This document shows positions 9,698 through 20,038 of a stretch of DNA of 64,000 nucleotides, one piece after another. The notes below the pieces were generated by a model. It was not told the DNA's origin and did no database searches. It worked only from the letters and a program-made list of their open reading frames with translations. The DNA comes from an uncultured Acidimicrobiales bacterium. Its GTDB lineage: Bacteria; Actinomycetota; Acidimicrobiia; Acidimicrobiales; SHLQ01. A program made the position numbers and the translations under genes. How positions within the stretch are numbered: position 1 is the stretch's first letter; the number at the start of each line of letters is the position of its first letter. The stretch lies in NCBI GenBank assembly GCA_938023735.1, contig CALJDK010000025.1:102016-166015 (forward strand). Reading direction: 5' to 3'.

Positions 9698-10114
9698 ATG
9701 CTTCCATTCTCCAAAAAGGCGCTGAAGTACCAGATGCGGCGCAACGCCACCACCAAGGGTCTCTTTGGCGGCAACAAATTGTGGCTTGCAGTGTTTGTGC
9801 TCCAACGCCTCGGCGGGTTCAAGAATAAGCTCACCAAGGGCGGCGAGATGCCGGTCGAGATCAGCGAAGATATGAAGCAGGGGGGCGTGTTTGCCATCAT
9901 CCACAACCCGCCGCCTCCTACCAAGAAGCAGCTGAAGAAAGAGAAGAAGGCGCTCGCCAAGGCCGACAAGAGGGCCTCGGTGGTCGAGGTCAAACCTTCG
10001 AAGCGCTCCTCGAAGAAAGCCGCGAAGGCGGCAAAGAAGGCGGCGAAACGCACCAAGAAGGTCGAGAAGCGCCTCGTCAAGCCTACGGTTGTCGAGATCG
10101 GACTCGACCGGTAG
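9698..10114 (+). CDS. Lys/Ala-rich basic hypothetical protein
   Basis: ATG 10 nt after the previous stop; KKAAKAAKKAAK-type low-complexity C-terminus. Confidence 0.65.
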   Translation: MLPFSKKALKYQMRRNATTKGLFGGNKLWLAVFVLQRLGGFKNKLTKGGEMPVEISEDMKQGGVFAIIHNPPPPTKKQLKKEKKALAKADKRASVVEVKPSKRSSKKAAKAAKKAAKRTKKVEKRLVKPTVVEIGLDR

Positions 10115-10149
10115 CTCCGGTCGCCGGTCGAGTATCGAACCGGAACACT

Positions 10150-10204
10150 CCATTCCCAGACCATTCCCAATCAATTTCCAGACCCTTCCCAGACCCTTCC
10201 CCGT
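10150..10204. repeat. Five degenerate 11-bp tandem repeats upstream of trmI
   Basis: ccattcccaga/ccattcccaat/caatttccaga/cccttcccaga/cccttccccgt. Confidence 0.8.
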
Positions 10205-10257
10205 CCTGGTCTCGTTTGAGGCAGCAGGACCCCGTCGCATAGAACGAGACAACCGAC

Positions 10258-11028
10258 ATGCCAGCATTTGCCTCAGGCGACACGGTCCTGCTGATCGACA
10301 AGAAAAAGCGGCGGTACCTAGTGGAGTTGGTTGAGGCTGGTGAGTTTCACTCCCACGCCGGGTTTGTGCCCCACGACGAGATCATTGGTTCGCCCGATGG
10401 TTGCGAGGTAAAGAGCACGCGCGGATCCAACTTCCTCGCCGTGCGCCCCACGCTGAGCGACTTTGTTCTCAAAATGCCCCGCGGTGCGCAGGTGATCTAC
10501 CCCAAAGATCTTGGCCCAATCCTTTTGCTGGCCGACATTTACCCCGGCGCCAAGGTGTTCGAATCGGGATTGGGCTCGGGGGCGTTGTCGATGACAATGC
10601 TCCGTGCTGGTGCCGAAATCACCGGCTACGAACTGCGTGAAGATTTCGCCACCAAGGCCCAAGCCAACGTACGCAAGATGCTGGGCGCCGAAGCACTCGA
10701 ACGCTACGACGTGCACCTTCGCGACGCATACGAGGGTATCGACGGAACCGACTTCGACCGGGTGGTCCTCGACCTCCCCGAACCCTGGAATGTGGTGCCT
10801 CACGCGGCCAAGGCGCTGCGGCCGGGCGGCATCCTGGTGGCCTACACGCCAAGTGTGACCCAGGTGTCCCAGGTTCGTGCTTCGCTCGAACGAAACGGCT
10901 TCATGATGGCCGAGACCGTCGAGATCCTTCAGCGGTCCTGGTACGTCGAAGGCCAGGCGGTCCGACCCGATCACCGCATGGTTGCCCACACGGCGTTTTT
11001 GACCCATGCGCGGCTTTCGGGAAGCTAG
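10258..11028 (+). CDS. trmI: tRNA (adenine58-N1)-methyltransferase
   Basis: MPRGAQVIYPKD, ESGLGSGALS, LDLPEPW, VRPDHRMVAHTAFL; usual neighbour of arc. Confidence 0.96.
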   Translation: MPAFASGDTVLLIDKKKRRYLVELVEAGEFHSHAGFVPHDEIIGSPDGCEVKSTRGSNFLAVRPTLSDFVLKMPRGAQVIYPKDLGPILLLADIYPGAKVFESGLGSGALSMTMLRAGAEITGYELREDFATKAQANVRKMLGAEALERYDVHLRDAYEGIDGTDFDRVVLDLPEPWNVVPHAAKALRPGGILVAYTPSVTQVSQVRASLERNGFMMAETVEILQRSWYVEGQAVRPDHRMVAHTAFLTHARLSGS

Positions 11029-11836
11029 CCGCGCTGCGGCGCTGGTCGTAACCGTCCTGATGGGGGCGCTCTTGCTTGCGGCGTGTGGTGGTCAACCGGG
11101 CGCCGATGACGACCCGGTGCAATCCGTTACGTCGCTTGCTCCCGAAGCAACCCTGCCGGTCTACGACGACGACCGAACCGACCTTGACCCGGGCGATCCT
11201 CCAGCGGAACTCGACGAAGATCTCATCGACGCCACCTTGACCTCTGCAGTGCAGGTGGTCGGCGAAGGGTGCACCCGACTTCAACTGGGAAGCGGGTTCG
11301 TGGTCGATGAGGAGACGGTCGTTACCAACGCCCATGTCGTGGCTGGAGTCGACGAGGTGATGGTACGGACCCGCACAGGCGCCATGAATGCCGAACTCCT
11401 TGGGTTCGACCCCAAGGCCGACATCGCGGTGCTCCGGGTTGAAGGTCTGGTGTTACCGGCGCTCGAACTGATCAATGGCGACATCGACGACGAAGGGGTT
11501 CTGCTGGGTTTCGGAGGAAGCGCGTCCACCGACAACGGCACCCTGGCGCCTCCCGACCCCGATCCGTTTCGTATCAACCGGCTCATCGTTGCGACCGGCG
11601 AGAACATCTACCGCGATCCTGGCGAGACCCGCCGCGACGCGTATCTCATCGCCGCCGAGATTGAGCCGGGTGATTCCGGTGGCGCGTTGGTGCGCTCCGA
11701 CGGGACAGTGGTTGGCATGGCCTTCGCCGCATCGAAGCGGTCGAACGCGGCCTATGCAGTGCGGGCATCGGAGATTCTGTCGAGGCTCGATAATCCCGAG
11801 ATTCTCGGCGACACGCAGCGTTGCGCACGGGGCTAA
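11006..11836 (+). CDS. Trypsin-like (S1) serine protease lipoprotein, MarP-like catalytic domain
   Basis: Lipobox LLAAC; catalytic triad VVTNAHVV / DIAVL / GDSGG. Confidence 0.88.
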   Translation: MRGFREASRAAALVVTVLMGALLLAACGGQPGADDDPVQSVTSLAPEATLPVYDDDRTDLDPGDPPAELDEDLIDATLTSAVQVVGEGCTRLQLGSGFVVDEETVVTNAHVVAGVDEVMVRTRTGAMNAELLGFDPKADIAVLRVEGLVLPALELINGDIDDEGVLLGFGGSASTDNGTLAPPDPDPFRINRLIVATGENIYRDPGETRRDAYLIAAEIEPGDSGGALVRSDGTVVGMAFAASKRSNAAYAVRASEILSRLDNPEILGDTQRCARG

Positions 11837-11870
11837 AGACACAGATGTCGCTGATGGCTTGCTCAGCAAA

Positions 11871-11902
11871 CGAAAAATGGGAGGCCGGAGCCTCCCATTT
11901 CG
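11871..11902 (-). terminator. Intrinsic terminator between the convergent protease and ferredoxin genes
   Basis: aaatgggaggc-cgga-gcctcccattt hairpin; T-run on the minus strand. Confidence 0.8.
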
Positions 11903-11976
11903 GTACGAATTTGCACGAATCGATTCTGAATCGATTGCGTTTGGTTGCGCCTTGATTGCCAGTTCGGCAGCGAGGC

Positions 11977-12210
11977 TCAGACCTCGATGAAGATGCATTC
12001 TCCGGGGCACTCTTCGGCCGACTCGATCGTGGCCTCTTCTTGGCCGGCTGGAACGGTGGCAAGACCTGCCGGGCCGCCGGGATCGGAGTGAATTTTGTCG
12101 CCTTCTTTGACGTAGGCCAGGCCGTCGTCAAGCATTGCGAATACATCGGGGGCGATCTCTTCGCACAGGCCATCGCCCGTGCATAGATCCTGATCGATCC
12201 AGACCTTCAT
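11977..12210 (-). CDS. Mono-cluster ferredoxin
   Basis: MKVWIDQDLCTGDGLCEEIAPDVF...AEECPGECI (CxxDxxC...CP); AAGGA RBS. Confidence 0.95.
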   Translation of the reverse strand: MKVWIDQDLCTGDGLCEEIAPDVFAMLDDGLAYVKEGDKIHSDPGGPAGLATVPAGQEEATIESAEECPGECIFIEV

Positions 12211-12582
12211 GTGCATTTCCTTTTGCTGAGTGCCAAGGTGCGGAAGGCACCCGGGATTTGGGTGCGGTGGGCACCCGGGATTGTTGTTGTCTATTGCGAA
12301 CAACGGTTCAAAGTCTAGCTGTGCGAACCGGAATTCGGATGGCATCAGCACCCAGTTGTTGCTGCGGTCGTGCAGCAAGACAGCACACAGTGAGCTGGGA
12401 AACAGCACGCAATGAGCAGGCAATGAGCAGGGAGATGATGCGGTGTCGCATTTTCTTCGACCAAAAAACTCCGCATAATGAGCAACTTTTGGTCACAAAA
12501 CCGGGCATCATCTGCTCCAGAGGTGTCCACGCTGGCCGATTGGTGTCGGTGTAGGGTCCAAATTCCGCACCGTTCCTCGGAG

Positions 12583-14355
12583 GTGATTGCGGTTCAAGAT
12601 CATTCGAATGACCGGGAGTCCGAACAACTACGCGCCGAGCTGGTTGACATTCGCGACTACTCCACCCGTCTCGAAGATGAAGTCAACACGCTTCGTCGAC
12701 GACTCCAAGATTCACCCAAACGAGTTCGCACTCTCGAGGAACGACTGCTCGAAACCAAAGGTCAGCTGTCGCAGGCCGTCTCGCAGAACGAAAAACTCAC
12801 CTACACCTTGCGTGAGGCTCGCGAGCACATCACCGCGCTTCGCGATGAAGTCGACAAGCTCACGCAGCCTCCGTCGGCCTACGGAACCCTTCTCGGCTTC
12901 AACAACGAGGACGATTCGGTCGACGTGTTCTCCGGTGGGCGAAAGATGCGCGTGGCCGTGCACCCCGAACTCAGTGACGAATTGGTCGTTGGTCAAGAGG
13001 TCGTGCTCAACGAGACCCTCAACGTCGTGCTGGCTCGTGGACCCGAAACCAACGGCGAAGTCGCCACCATCAAAGACGTTCTCGAAGGTGGCCACCGCGC
13101 CATGATCGTCGGCCGAGCCGACGAAGAGAAGGTCGTCGAAATTTCCGGAACCCTCGATACCACCAAGCTTCGTGCCGGCGACACGGTTCTTATCGATCCT
13201 CGCTCGGGCCTAGTGCTCGAGAAGCTGCCGCGGCCCGAGGTCGAAGAGCTTGTGCTGGAAGAAGTCCCCGACGTCAGCTACGACGACGTGGGCGGTCTCG
13301 ACTCACAGATCGAACAAATCACCGACGCCGTCGAGCTTCCGTTCCTGCACAAAGACCTGTTCGAAGAGTACGACCTACCTGCACCCAAGGGCATCCTGCT
13401 CTACGGCCCTCCCGGTTGCGGCAAGACCCTCATCGCCAAAGCGGTCGCCAACTCGTTGGCCAAGAAGGTCGCTGAAGTCTCCGGCGACGGCGAAGCCCGG
13501 AGTTATTTCCTCAACATCAAGGGCCCCGAACTGCTCAACAAGTACGTCGGCGAAACCGAACGTCAGATCCGAATGGTGTTCCAGCGGGCACGCGAAAAGT
13601 CCGAACAGGGCTGGCCCGTCATCGTGTTCTTCGACGAGATGGAATCGTTGTTCCGCACCCGCGGTACCGGTATCAGCTCCGACATGGAGAGCACCATCGT
13701 TCCGCAGCTTCTTGCCGAGATCGACGGTGTCGAAACGCTCAAGAACGTCATCATCATCGGTGCGTCGAACCGTGAAGACCTCATCGACCCTGCCATTCTG
13801 CGGCCGGGACGTCTCGACGTAAAGATCAAGATCGAACGCCCTGACGAAACAGCTGCCGCAGCGATCTTTGGCCGGTACCTGTCCGATGATTTGCCAATCG
13901 ATCAAAACATCATCGACACCGTCGGTGGTGGCGATCGGAACAAGGCTGTGCAGGCCATGGTGGAAGAGACCGTCGCCGAGATGTATCGCGCCGACGAGAG
14001 CAACCAGTTCCTGGAAGTCACCTATCAAAACGGCGACAAAGAGATCATGTACTTCAAGGATTTCTCCTCGGGAGCCATGATCGAAAATATCGTGCGCCGG
14101 GCCAAGAAGTTTGCAATCAAGCGCATCCTGGCCGACGGCACCCGTGGGGTTCGTACCGACGATCTGGTCGCGGCGATTCACCAGGAGTACAAAGAGCACG
14201 AAGACCTGCCCAACACCACCAATCCCGACGACTGGGCAAAGATCTCCGGCAAGAAGGGCGAGCGCATCGTGTACGTCCGAACCCTCATCACCAAAAACGA
14301 AGACCCCGTAGGTGGCCGAGCAATCGAACGAGTAGGAACCGGGCAATACCTCTAG
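12583..14355 (+). CDS. arc: Proteasome-associated ATPase ARC/Mpa
   Basis: N-terminal coiled coil, PPSAYG, Walker A GPPGCGKT, Walker B FFDE, C-terminal GQYL; GGAGG overlapping GTG 12583 (start approximate). Confidence 0.97.
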   Translation: MIAVQDHSNDRESEQLRAELVDIRDYSTRLEDEVNTLRRRLQDSPKRVRTLEERLLETKGQLSQAVSQNEKLTYTLREAREHITALRDEVDKLTQPPSAYGTLLGFNNEDDSVDVFSGGRKMRVAVHPELSDELVVGQEVVLNETLNVVLARGPETNGEVATIKDVLEGGHRAMIVGRADEEKVVEISGTLDTTKLRAGDTVLIDPRSGLVLEKLPRPEVEELVLEEVPDVSYDDVGGLDSQIEQITDAVELPFLHKDLFEEYDLPAPKGILLYGPPGCGKTLIAKAVANSLAKKVAEVSGDGEARSYFLNIKGPELLNKYVGETERQIRMVFQRAREKSEQGWPVIVFFDEMESLFRTRGTGISSDMESTIVPQLLAEIDGVETLKNVIIIGASNREDLIDPAILRPGRLDVKIKIERPDETAAAAIFGRYLSDDLPIDQNIIDTVGGGDRNKAVQAMVEETVAEMYRADESNQFLEVTYQNGDKEIMYFKDFSSGAMIENIVRRAKKFAIKRILADGTRGVRTDDLVAAIHQEYKEHEDLPNTTNPDDWAKISGKKGERIVYVRTLITKNEDPVGGRAIERVGTGQYL

Positions 14356-14366
14356 AGTTCCCCGCC

Positions 14367-14530
14367 ACGCTGAGTAACAACGGTGCCTGGAACCTAATCT
14401 GCTGCATCGCTGCAAACTCAGCGTCTTGAACTCGGTGCCTGGCACCATTTGGCGATTTGGTGCCAGGTCTGATCTCACTCACCGTGGTTTGGTGTCTGAT
14501 CCCCTCGTCTAACCTTTGTCTGACACCAGG
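14367..14530. repeat. Cluster of REP-like GGTGYCWGRCACC palindromes between arc and dop
   Basis: ggtgcctggaacc 14382, ggtgcctggcacc 14434, ggtgccaggtct 14459, ggtgtctgatccc 14491, tgtctgacacc 14517; plus an acgctgagt/actcagcgt inverted pair. Confidence 0.65.
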
Positions 14531-14644
14531 GGTTTGGTTCTTGGGGAATGTGGGCGTTGGCGGTGGGGACTTTGGGGTTGTGTCGAGCTGAATTCGGGGA
14601 TTGAATCACACTGTTTTCGGTTGACCTCGGCTAGCTTCACGCTT

Positions 14645-16144
14645 ATGGCGATCCCCAAAACCATTGGTGTCGAGACCGAATACGGCATCTTGATCCGTGG
14701 CACCGACGAGTCCAACCCGATTGCCGCGTCGTCGCTGCTGATCAACGCGTACCTCAATGCCGACCGCGAGGGGCCAGCGCCAAGGGTTGGCTGGGATTTC
14801 GAAGACGAGTCTCCCGGAATGGACCAACGCGGCTTTGCGCCGGTCGGGTCGATGCCGCCCGAGGTCGAGACGCATCTCGTAAACGCCGTGCTCACCAACG
14901 GCGCCCGCTACTACGTCGATCATGCCCACCCGGAAATCAGTACCCCGGAGTGCACCAACGCCCACGACGTTGTGCTGTTCGACCGGGCCGCCGAACTCAT
15001 CGCCATCAAGTCGATGATCGCTGCCGATCAGGTGCTGCCAGACGAGCAGAGCCTGGTCGTGTACAAGAACAACAGCGACGGCAAAGGCAACTCCTACGGT
15101 TGCCACGAGAACTACTTGGTGGATCGTCAGACGCCGTTCTCCGACATCGTCACTCACGCCACCGCGCACTTCATCACCCGCCAGATCTTTACCGGTTCGG
15201 GCAAAGTTGGCGTAGAAGCGCCGGGACTCACGTCAGACGAGGTTCCGTTCCAGGTCACCCAGCGTGCCGACTTTTTCGAAGAAGAAGTTGGGCTCGAAAC
15301 CACACTGAAGCGGCCCATCATCAACACCCGCGACGAGCCCCACGCCGACGCGCAGAAGTATCGACGACTGCACGTCATCGTGGGCGACGCCAACATGTCG
15401 CAGGTTTCGACCTACCTGAAGGTGGGCACCACCGCCATTATTCTGGCGCTCATCGAAGACGACTTCCTGCCGCGGCAGTTTGTGTTTGATGCGCCGGTTC
15501 GGGCCATGCGCGAAGTTTCCTACGATCTCACCGTGGCCGAGCCGCTACCGATGGCCGACGGCACCAGAATGTCGGCTCTTGAGGTGCAGTGGGAGTTTCT
15601 TGAGCAGAGCCGAAAGTATGTCGAGGAACGCGGCACGGAACACGTTGGCGGCGATGTTGCCGTCGACGTGCTCGACCGCTGGGAGCATGTGCTCGGTGCC
15701 CTCGAAGATGACCCCATGCAACTTGCCGACCAGCTCGACTGGGTCGCCAAGTACCGCCTGTTGCAATCGTTCAAGGAACGCCACGGCGTGAACTGGGACG
15801 ACGCCAAGCTGCGGGCGCTCGATATCCAGTACCACGACCTGCGGCCCTACAAGTGCCTATTTAACAAGCTCGATGTGGCCACGATCGTCGACGACGCCGA
15901 CGCTACGGTTGCGATGCTCTCGCCGCCAGACGACACTCGCGCCTACTTCCGTGGCGAATGTCTGAAGCGCTGGCCCGAGCAGATCGTTGCGGCAAACTGG
16001 GACTCGATGGTGTTCGATATTGGTGACGAACCCTTGCGCCGAGTCCCGATGATGGAGCCGACCCGCGGGACACGTGCCCATGTCGGTAACCTGCTAGAGG
16101 AGTGCGACGAAGCGGCCGAACTCTTGGAAAAGCTCGGCAACTGA
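14645..16144 (+). CDS. dop: Pup deamidase/depupylase
   Basis: GVETEYG, Dop-loop region [56 protein letters not shown]. Confidence 0.96.
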   Translation: MAIPKTIGVETEYGILIRGTDESNPIAASSLLINAYLNADREGPAPRVGWDFEDESPGMDQRGFAPVGSMPPEVETHLVNAVLTNGARYYVDHAHPEISTPECTNAHDVVLFDRAAELIAIKSMIAADQVLPDEQSLVVYKNNSDGKGNSYGCHENYLVDRQTPFSDIVTHATAHFITRQIFTGSGKVGVEAPGLTSDEVPFQVTQRADFFEEEVGLETTLKRPIINTRDEPHADAQKYRRLHVIVGDANMSQVSTYLKVGTTAIILALIEDDFLPRQFVFDAPVRAMREVSYDLTVAEPLPMADGTRMSALEVQWEFLEQSRKYVEERGTEHVGGDVAVDVLDRWEHVLGALEDDPMQLADQLDWVAKYRLLQSFKERHGVNWDDAKLRALDIQYHDLRPYKCLFNKLDVATIVDDADATVAMLSPPDDTRAYFRGECLKRWPEQIVAANWDSMVFDIGDEPLRRVPMMEPTRGTRAHVGNLLEECDEAAELLEKLGN

Positions 16145-16202
16145 GCAACTATCTACCAATCTCCCCCTAACTCACCCGAAATACTCAGGGAACGACACAA
16201 AC

Positions 16203-16397
16203 ATGGCTGAACGCGAACAGAAGAAACGCCCGACACCTCGGGAATCTCAGGAACAGATCGACGAGACCCCGGCGGCATCGGAAGAAGGCGAGAAACTCAA
16301 GAGCGAACTCGACGATCTTCTCGACGAGATCGACGAGGTCCTCGAAACCAACGCAGAAGATTTTGTAAAGAGCTATATCCAAAAAGGTGGCCAGTGA
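16203..16397 (+). CDS. pup: Prokaryotic ubiquitin-like protein Pup (Gln-terminated)
   Basis: [28 protein letters not shown]. Confidence 0.98.
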   Translation: MAEREQKKRPTPRESQEQIDETPAASEEGEKLKSELDDLLDEIDEVLETNAEDFVKSYIQKGGQ

Positions 16398-17230
16398 CCT
16401 CCGTACGCTTCGACCCGACCGACGACCCTGGCCCCGACTTTGCGGGCCTGCTTCGCAAGGCCGGCCTGGAACCGCCGGTACCCCAGGGCGATGTCAGCGC
16501 GAACCTCGATGTAGTGCACGGCACCACTTGCGTGAGCCTTCGCTACTCCGAGGGCGTGATCATCGCCGGCGATCGACGCGCGACGTCGGGCAACATCATC
16601 AGTCACCGCTCGATCCAGAAAGTATTTGCCGCCGATCGCCATAGCGGTGTCGCTATCGCTGGTGCCGCCGGCCCAGCGGTTGAGATGGTGAAGCTGTTTC
16701 AGCTGCAGTTGGAGCACTACGAGAAGGTCGAAGGCTCATCGCTTTCGCTCGAGGGCAAAGCGAACCAGCTGAGCCAGATGCTTCGCAACAACCTGCCAAT
16801 GGCCATGCAAGGACTTGCCGTGGTGCCGATCTTTGCGGGCTATGACCTAGCGGCGGATGAGGGTCGGTTGTTTCAGTACGACGTGACGGGCGGTCGTTAC
16901 GAAGAACTCGACTACACCGCCACCGGGTCGGGCAGTTTGCACGCCGGCACGGTCATCAAGATCAGTTTCATCGATGATATGGACCGCGACCAGGCCATCA
17001 ACCTGGCCATCGAGTCGCTGTTCCAAGCGGCTGACTCAGACTCGGCCACTGGTCTTCCCGACCTGATTCGCGGTGTGTATCCCGTGGTTGCCACCGTCAC
17101 CGCCGACGGGTTTGACCGGGTCGAAGATTCCGAACTCGAAGAAAAGACCCGTGACCTCATCGACAAGTTCACGAACCGCGGCGGCCGCGACGGCGGCAAC
17201 TCGCTCAGCACCGATGGAGGCCCACAGTGA
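16394..17230 (+). CDS. prcB: 20S proteasome beta subunit
   Basis: Propeptide, then HG|TT catalytic Thr; [21 protein letters not shown]. Confidence 0.97.
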   Translation: MTSVRFDPTDDPGPDFAGLLRKAGLEPPVPQGDVSANLDVVHGTTCVSLRYSEGVIIAGDRRATSGNIISHRSIQKVFAADRHSGVAIAGAAGPAVEMVKLFQLQLEHYEKVEGSSLSLEGKANQLSQMLRNNLPMAMQGLAVVPIFAGYDLAADEGRLFQYDVTGGRYEELDYTATGSGSLHAGTVIKISFIDDMDRDQAINLAIESLFQAADSDSATGLPDLIRGVYPVVATVTADGFDRVEDSELEEKTRDLIDKFTNRGGRDGGNSLSTDGGPQ

Positions 17231-17904
17231 GCCAACCGTTCTATGTAGCGCCCGAACAGGTCATGAAGGACCGGGCCGACTATGCCCGGAAAGGTATTGC
17301 CCGCGGCCGAAGCCTGGTAGCCAGCACCTACGCCGACGGCGTGGTCATCTGCGCGGAGAACACGTCGAACACGCTGCGCAAGATCAGCGAAATCTACGAC
17401 CGCATCGGCTTCGGTGGTGTTGGCAAGTACAACGAGTTCGACCAACTCCGCATTGCCGGAATCCGTCACGCCGATCTGAAGGGATTCAACTACAGCCGCG
17501 CCGACGTCGACGCCCGGAGCCTCGCCAATCAGTACGCAAACATGCTCGGCCAGGTCTTCACCCACGAGATGAAGCCGATGGAAGTCGAGATCCTCGTCGC
17601 CGAAATCGATGAAGAAGACGCAGCCGGCGATCAGCTTTTCCACATCCTCTACGACGGTTCGGTCACCGACCACACCGATCATGTGGTGTTGGGAGGCGAC
17701 TCCGAAGCCATCCGCGAACGCGTGGTTTCCAACTGGAAAGCCGGGAGCGATTTGGGATCGATGCTGAAGGTGCTTACGTCGGCGCTTGCGGGCGACGACC
17801 GCCAGCTTGCAGCCGATGACCTTGAAGTCGCCGTACTGGCACGAGGTGAACACCGTCGATGCTTCCGCCGGGTCGAGGGCGACGAACTCAGCGCACTTCT
17901 GTAA
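17227..17904 (+). CDS. prcA: 20S proteasome alpha subunit
   Basis: PFYVAPEQVMKDRADYARKGIARGRS, KISEIYDRI. Confidence 0.97.
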   Translation: MSQPFYVAPEQVMKDRADYARKGIARGRSLVASTYADGVVICAENTSNTLRKISEIYDRIGFGGVGKYNEFDQLRIAGIRHADLKGFNYSRADVDARSLANQYANMLGQVFTHEMKPMEVEILVAEIDEEDAAGDQLFHILYDGSVTDHTDHVVLGGDSEAIRERVVSNWKAGSDLGSMLKVLTSALAGDDRQLAADDLEVAVLARGEHRRCFRRVEGDELSALL

Positions 17905-17949
17905 GCCAACCGAGTCAGCATTGCGGTTTCGATTGGTCGGCCCGCTACT

Positions 17950-17976
17950 TAAGGCACGCTTGCCCTGCGCCGATAG
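17950..17976 (+). promoter_or_regulatory. Sigma-28 (FliA/WhiG)-type promoter
   Basis: TAAG-N15-GCCGATAG, 8 nt before ATG 17985. Confidence 0.7.
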
Positions 17977-17984
17977 AGCAATAC

Positions 17985-18527
17985 ATGCCAGTAGATGTGC
18001 GCGCCATGGCCAATGGTCCCGTTGCGTTGGGTGAAGCCCTTCGCACTATTCGCGACCGTGTCGGGTATTCGGTCGAGGCGGTTTCTAGCCAAACCAGCCT
18101 TCGTTCGACCCAGCTGCTCGAGATCGAAGCCGGCCTGTACGAGCCCTCCACCGGCATTTTGGAAGCGCTTGGCGAGCTCTACGGCATCGACACCGACCAG
18201 CTTCCAACATCGGGCCAAGCCGAGCGGAAGCCGCTGATCTATGACGAGGAGCGAAAGCTGCTCCACGCCGGTTGGTTGACGATTGAATTCGACCAGCGTC
18301 GGCACGATAACGATGATCTGTTGCGAGCCTTTGCCGCATGTATTCGACAACTTCGTGGCGCCTCACCGTCGGCGCCAGTAGTACTTCGTGAGGCCGACCG
18401 AGTGATGCTCGCGCAGTTACTCAACCTCGAAGACGACTACCTTGACCAGCGATTTACCTACTGGTTTCGGGCCTCGCCCGACCAATTTGTGGGGATTCGT
18501 GAAACCCTCCACGCGTTGGTGGCATAG
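17985..18527 (+). CDS. XRE-family HTH protein with an unrecognised C-terminal domain
   Basis: LGEALRTIRDRVGYSVEAVSSQTSLRSTQLLEIEAGLYEPSTGILEALGELYGI; alternative start at 18006. Confidence 0.8.
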   Translation: MPVDVRAMANGPVALGEALRTIRDRVGYSVEAVSSQTSLRSTQLLEIEAGLYEPSTGILEALGELYGIDTDQLPTSGQAERKPLIYDEERKLLHAGWLTIEFDQRRHDNDDLLRAFAACIRQLRGASPSAPVVLREADRVMLAQLLNLEDDYLDQRFTYWFRASPDQFVGIRETLHALVA

Positions 18528-18608
18528 CTCGGTACTGGGCCGCATAACTCGCAGTATCTCAGAATGAACTGTCACATAAGCGAGACAAGGCGTTAAGGTC
18601 GAGTTCTC

Positions 18609-19967
18609 ATGCAACGACGTATCTTCGGAATCGAAAACGAGTACGGAGTTACGTGCACACTTCGCGGACAACGCCGACTCAGCCCCGACGAAGTCGCCCG
18701 CTACCTGTTCCGACGGGTTGTTTCGTGGGGTCGCAGCAGCAACGTGTTCCTCGCCAACGGAGCCCGGCTGTACCTCGACGTCGGCTCGCACCCCGAGTAT
18801 GCAACGCCCGAGTGCGACAGCATCTATGACCTGATCGTCCACGACAAGGCAGGCGAGCGCATTCTCGAGCAGCTGCTCGCCAGCGCCGAGCAGCGTCTTG
18901 AAGACGAGGGCATCCGAGGCGACATTTACCTGTTCAAGAACAACACGGATTCGGCCGGCAACTCCTATGGCTGTCACGAGAACTATCTCACTGGGCGACG
19001 CGACGACCTCTCCAGCTACGCCGAGGTGCTTATCCCGTTTTTGGTGAGCCGCCAGATTTACGCCGGTGCCGGCAAAGTGCTCCAGACCGCTCGCGGCGCA
19101 ATGTATTGCGTCAGCCAGCGCGCCGAACACATTTGGGAAGGCGTCTCCAGCGCCACCACTCGCTCACGGCCGATCATAAACACGCGCGACGAACCGCACG
19201 CCGATGCCGAACGCTACCGGCGTCTCCATGTCATCGTCGGCGACTCCAACATGAGCGAGTACACGAGCTTCCTCAAGGTCGGTGCTGCGTCGCTGATGCT
19301 TCGGATGCTTGAAGATCCTCGTGTGGTGCTTCGCGACATGACCCTCGAAAACCCTATTCGTGCCATCCGCGAAATCAGCCACGATATGACCTGTCAACGA
19401 CGGGTACGGCTGGCCAACGGTCGCGAAGCCAGTGCACTCGAGATTCAGAGCGAATACCTCACTCGGGCGCTTCGGTTCGCCGAGCATCACGAACTCAACG
19501 AACAAGAGTCTAAAGCGCTCGGTATGTGGGAGCACTGCCTCACCCAGATCGAAAAAGACCCACTCAACCTCGACCAAGAGGTCGACTGGGTCATCAAGTA
19601 CAAGCTCATCGAGGCCTACCGCGAGCGTCACGGCCTAGCTCTTGCAGACGCCCGGGTGTCGCTGGTTGACCTGCAGTACCACGACGTCAATCGCGACCGC
19701 GGGCTCTACTACCACATGGAGCGCAAAGGCATGGTCGAGCGAGTCTGCAACGACGACGACATCGCCCACGCCGTCGAGAACCCTCCGGCCACCACTCGAG
19801 CACGGCTTCGAGGCGAGTTCATTCAGAAAGCCAAAGAGAAAAAGCGCGACTACACCGTCGACTGGGTGCACCTGAAACTGAACGACCAAGCGCAGCGAAC
19901 CGTGCTGTGTAAGGACCCGTTTAAGGCCCATGATGAGCGGGTCGACAAGCTCATCGCGAGCCTGTAG
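18609..19967 (+). CDS. pafA: Pup-protein ligase
   Basis: [61 protein letters not shown]. Confidence 0.98.
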   Translation: MQRRIFGIENEYGVTCTLRGQRRLSPDEVARYLFRRVVSWGRSSNVFLANGARLYLDVGSHPEYATPECDSIYDLIVHDKAGERILEQLLASAEQRLEDEGIRGDIYLFKNNTDSAGNSYGCHENYLTGRRDDLSSYAEVLIPFLVSRQIYAGAGKVLQTARGAMYCVSQRAEHIWEGVSSATTRSRPIINTRDEPHADAERYRRLHVIVGDSNMSEYTSFLKVGAASLMLRMLEDPRVVLRDMTLENPIRAIREISHDMTCQRRVRLANGREASALEIQSEYLTRALRFAEHHELNEQESKALGMWEHCLTQIEKDPLNLDQEVDWVIKYKLIEAYRERHGLALADARVSLVDLQYHDVNRDRGLYYHMERKGMVERVCNDDDIAHAVENPPATTRARLRGEFIQKAKEKKRDYTVDWVHLKLNDQAQRTVLCKDPFKAHDERVDKLIASL

Positions 19968-20038
19968 GTCGCCGCCCGTTCGGCGAATTTGCCGAAACGC
20001 ACCCGCAGTTTGCTCTGCCATGCGATACTCGCTGTCTC

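Noticed and set aside
12543-12570. TGTCGGTG upstream of arc as a PafBC site
   Set aside because: TAGGGT follows immediately instead of after 8 nt, and no TAnnnT lies at the required distance.
11977-14355. Ferredoxin and trmI next to arc as a novel association
   Set aside because: A similar neighbourhood is already known from other actinobacterial proteasome loci.
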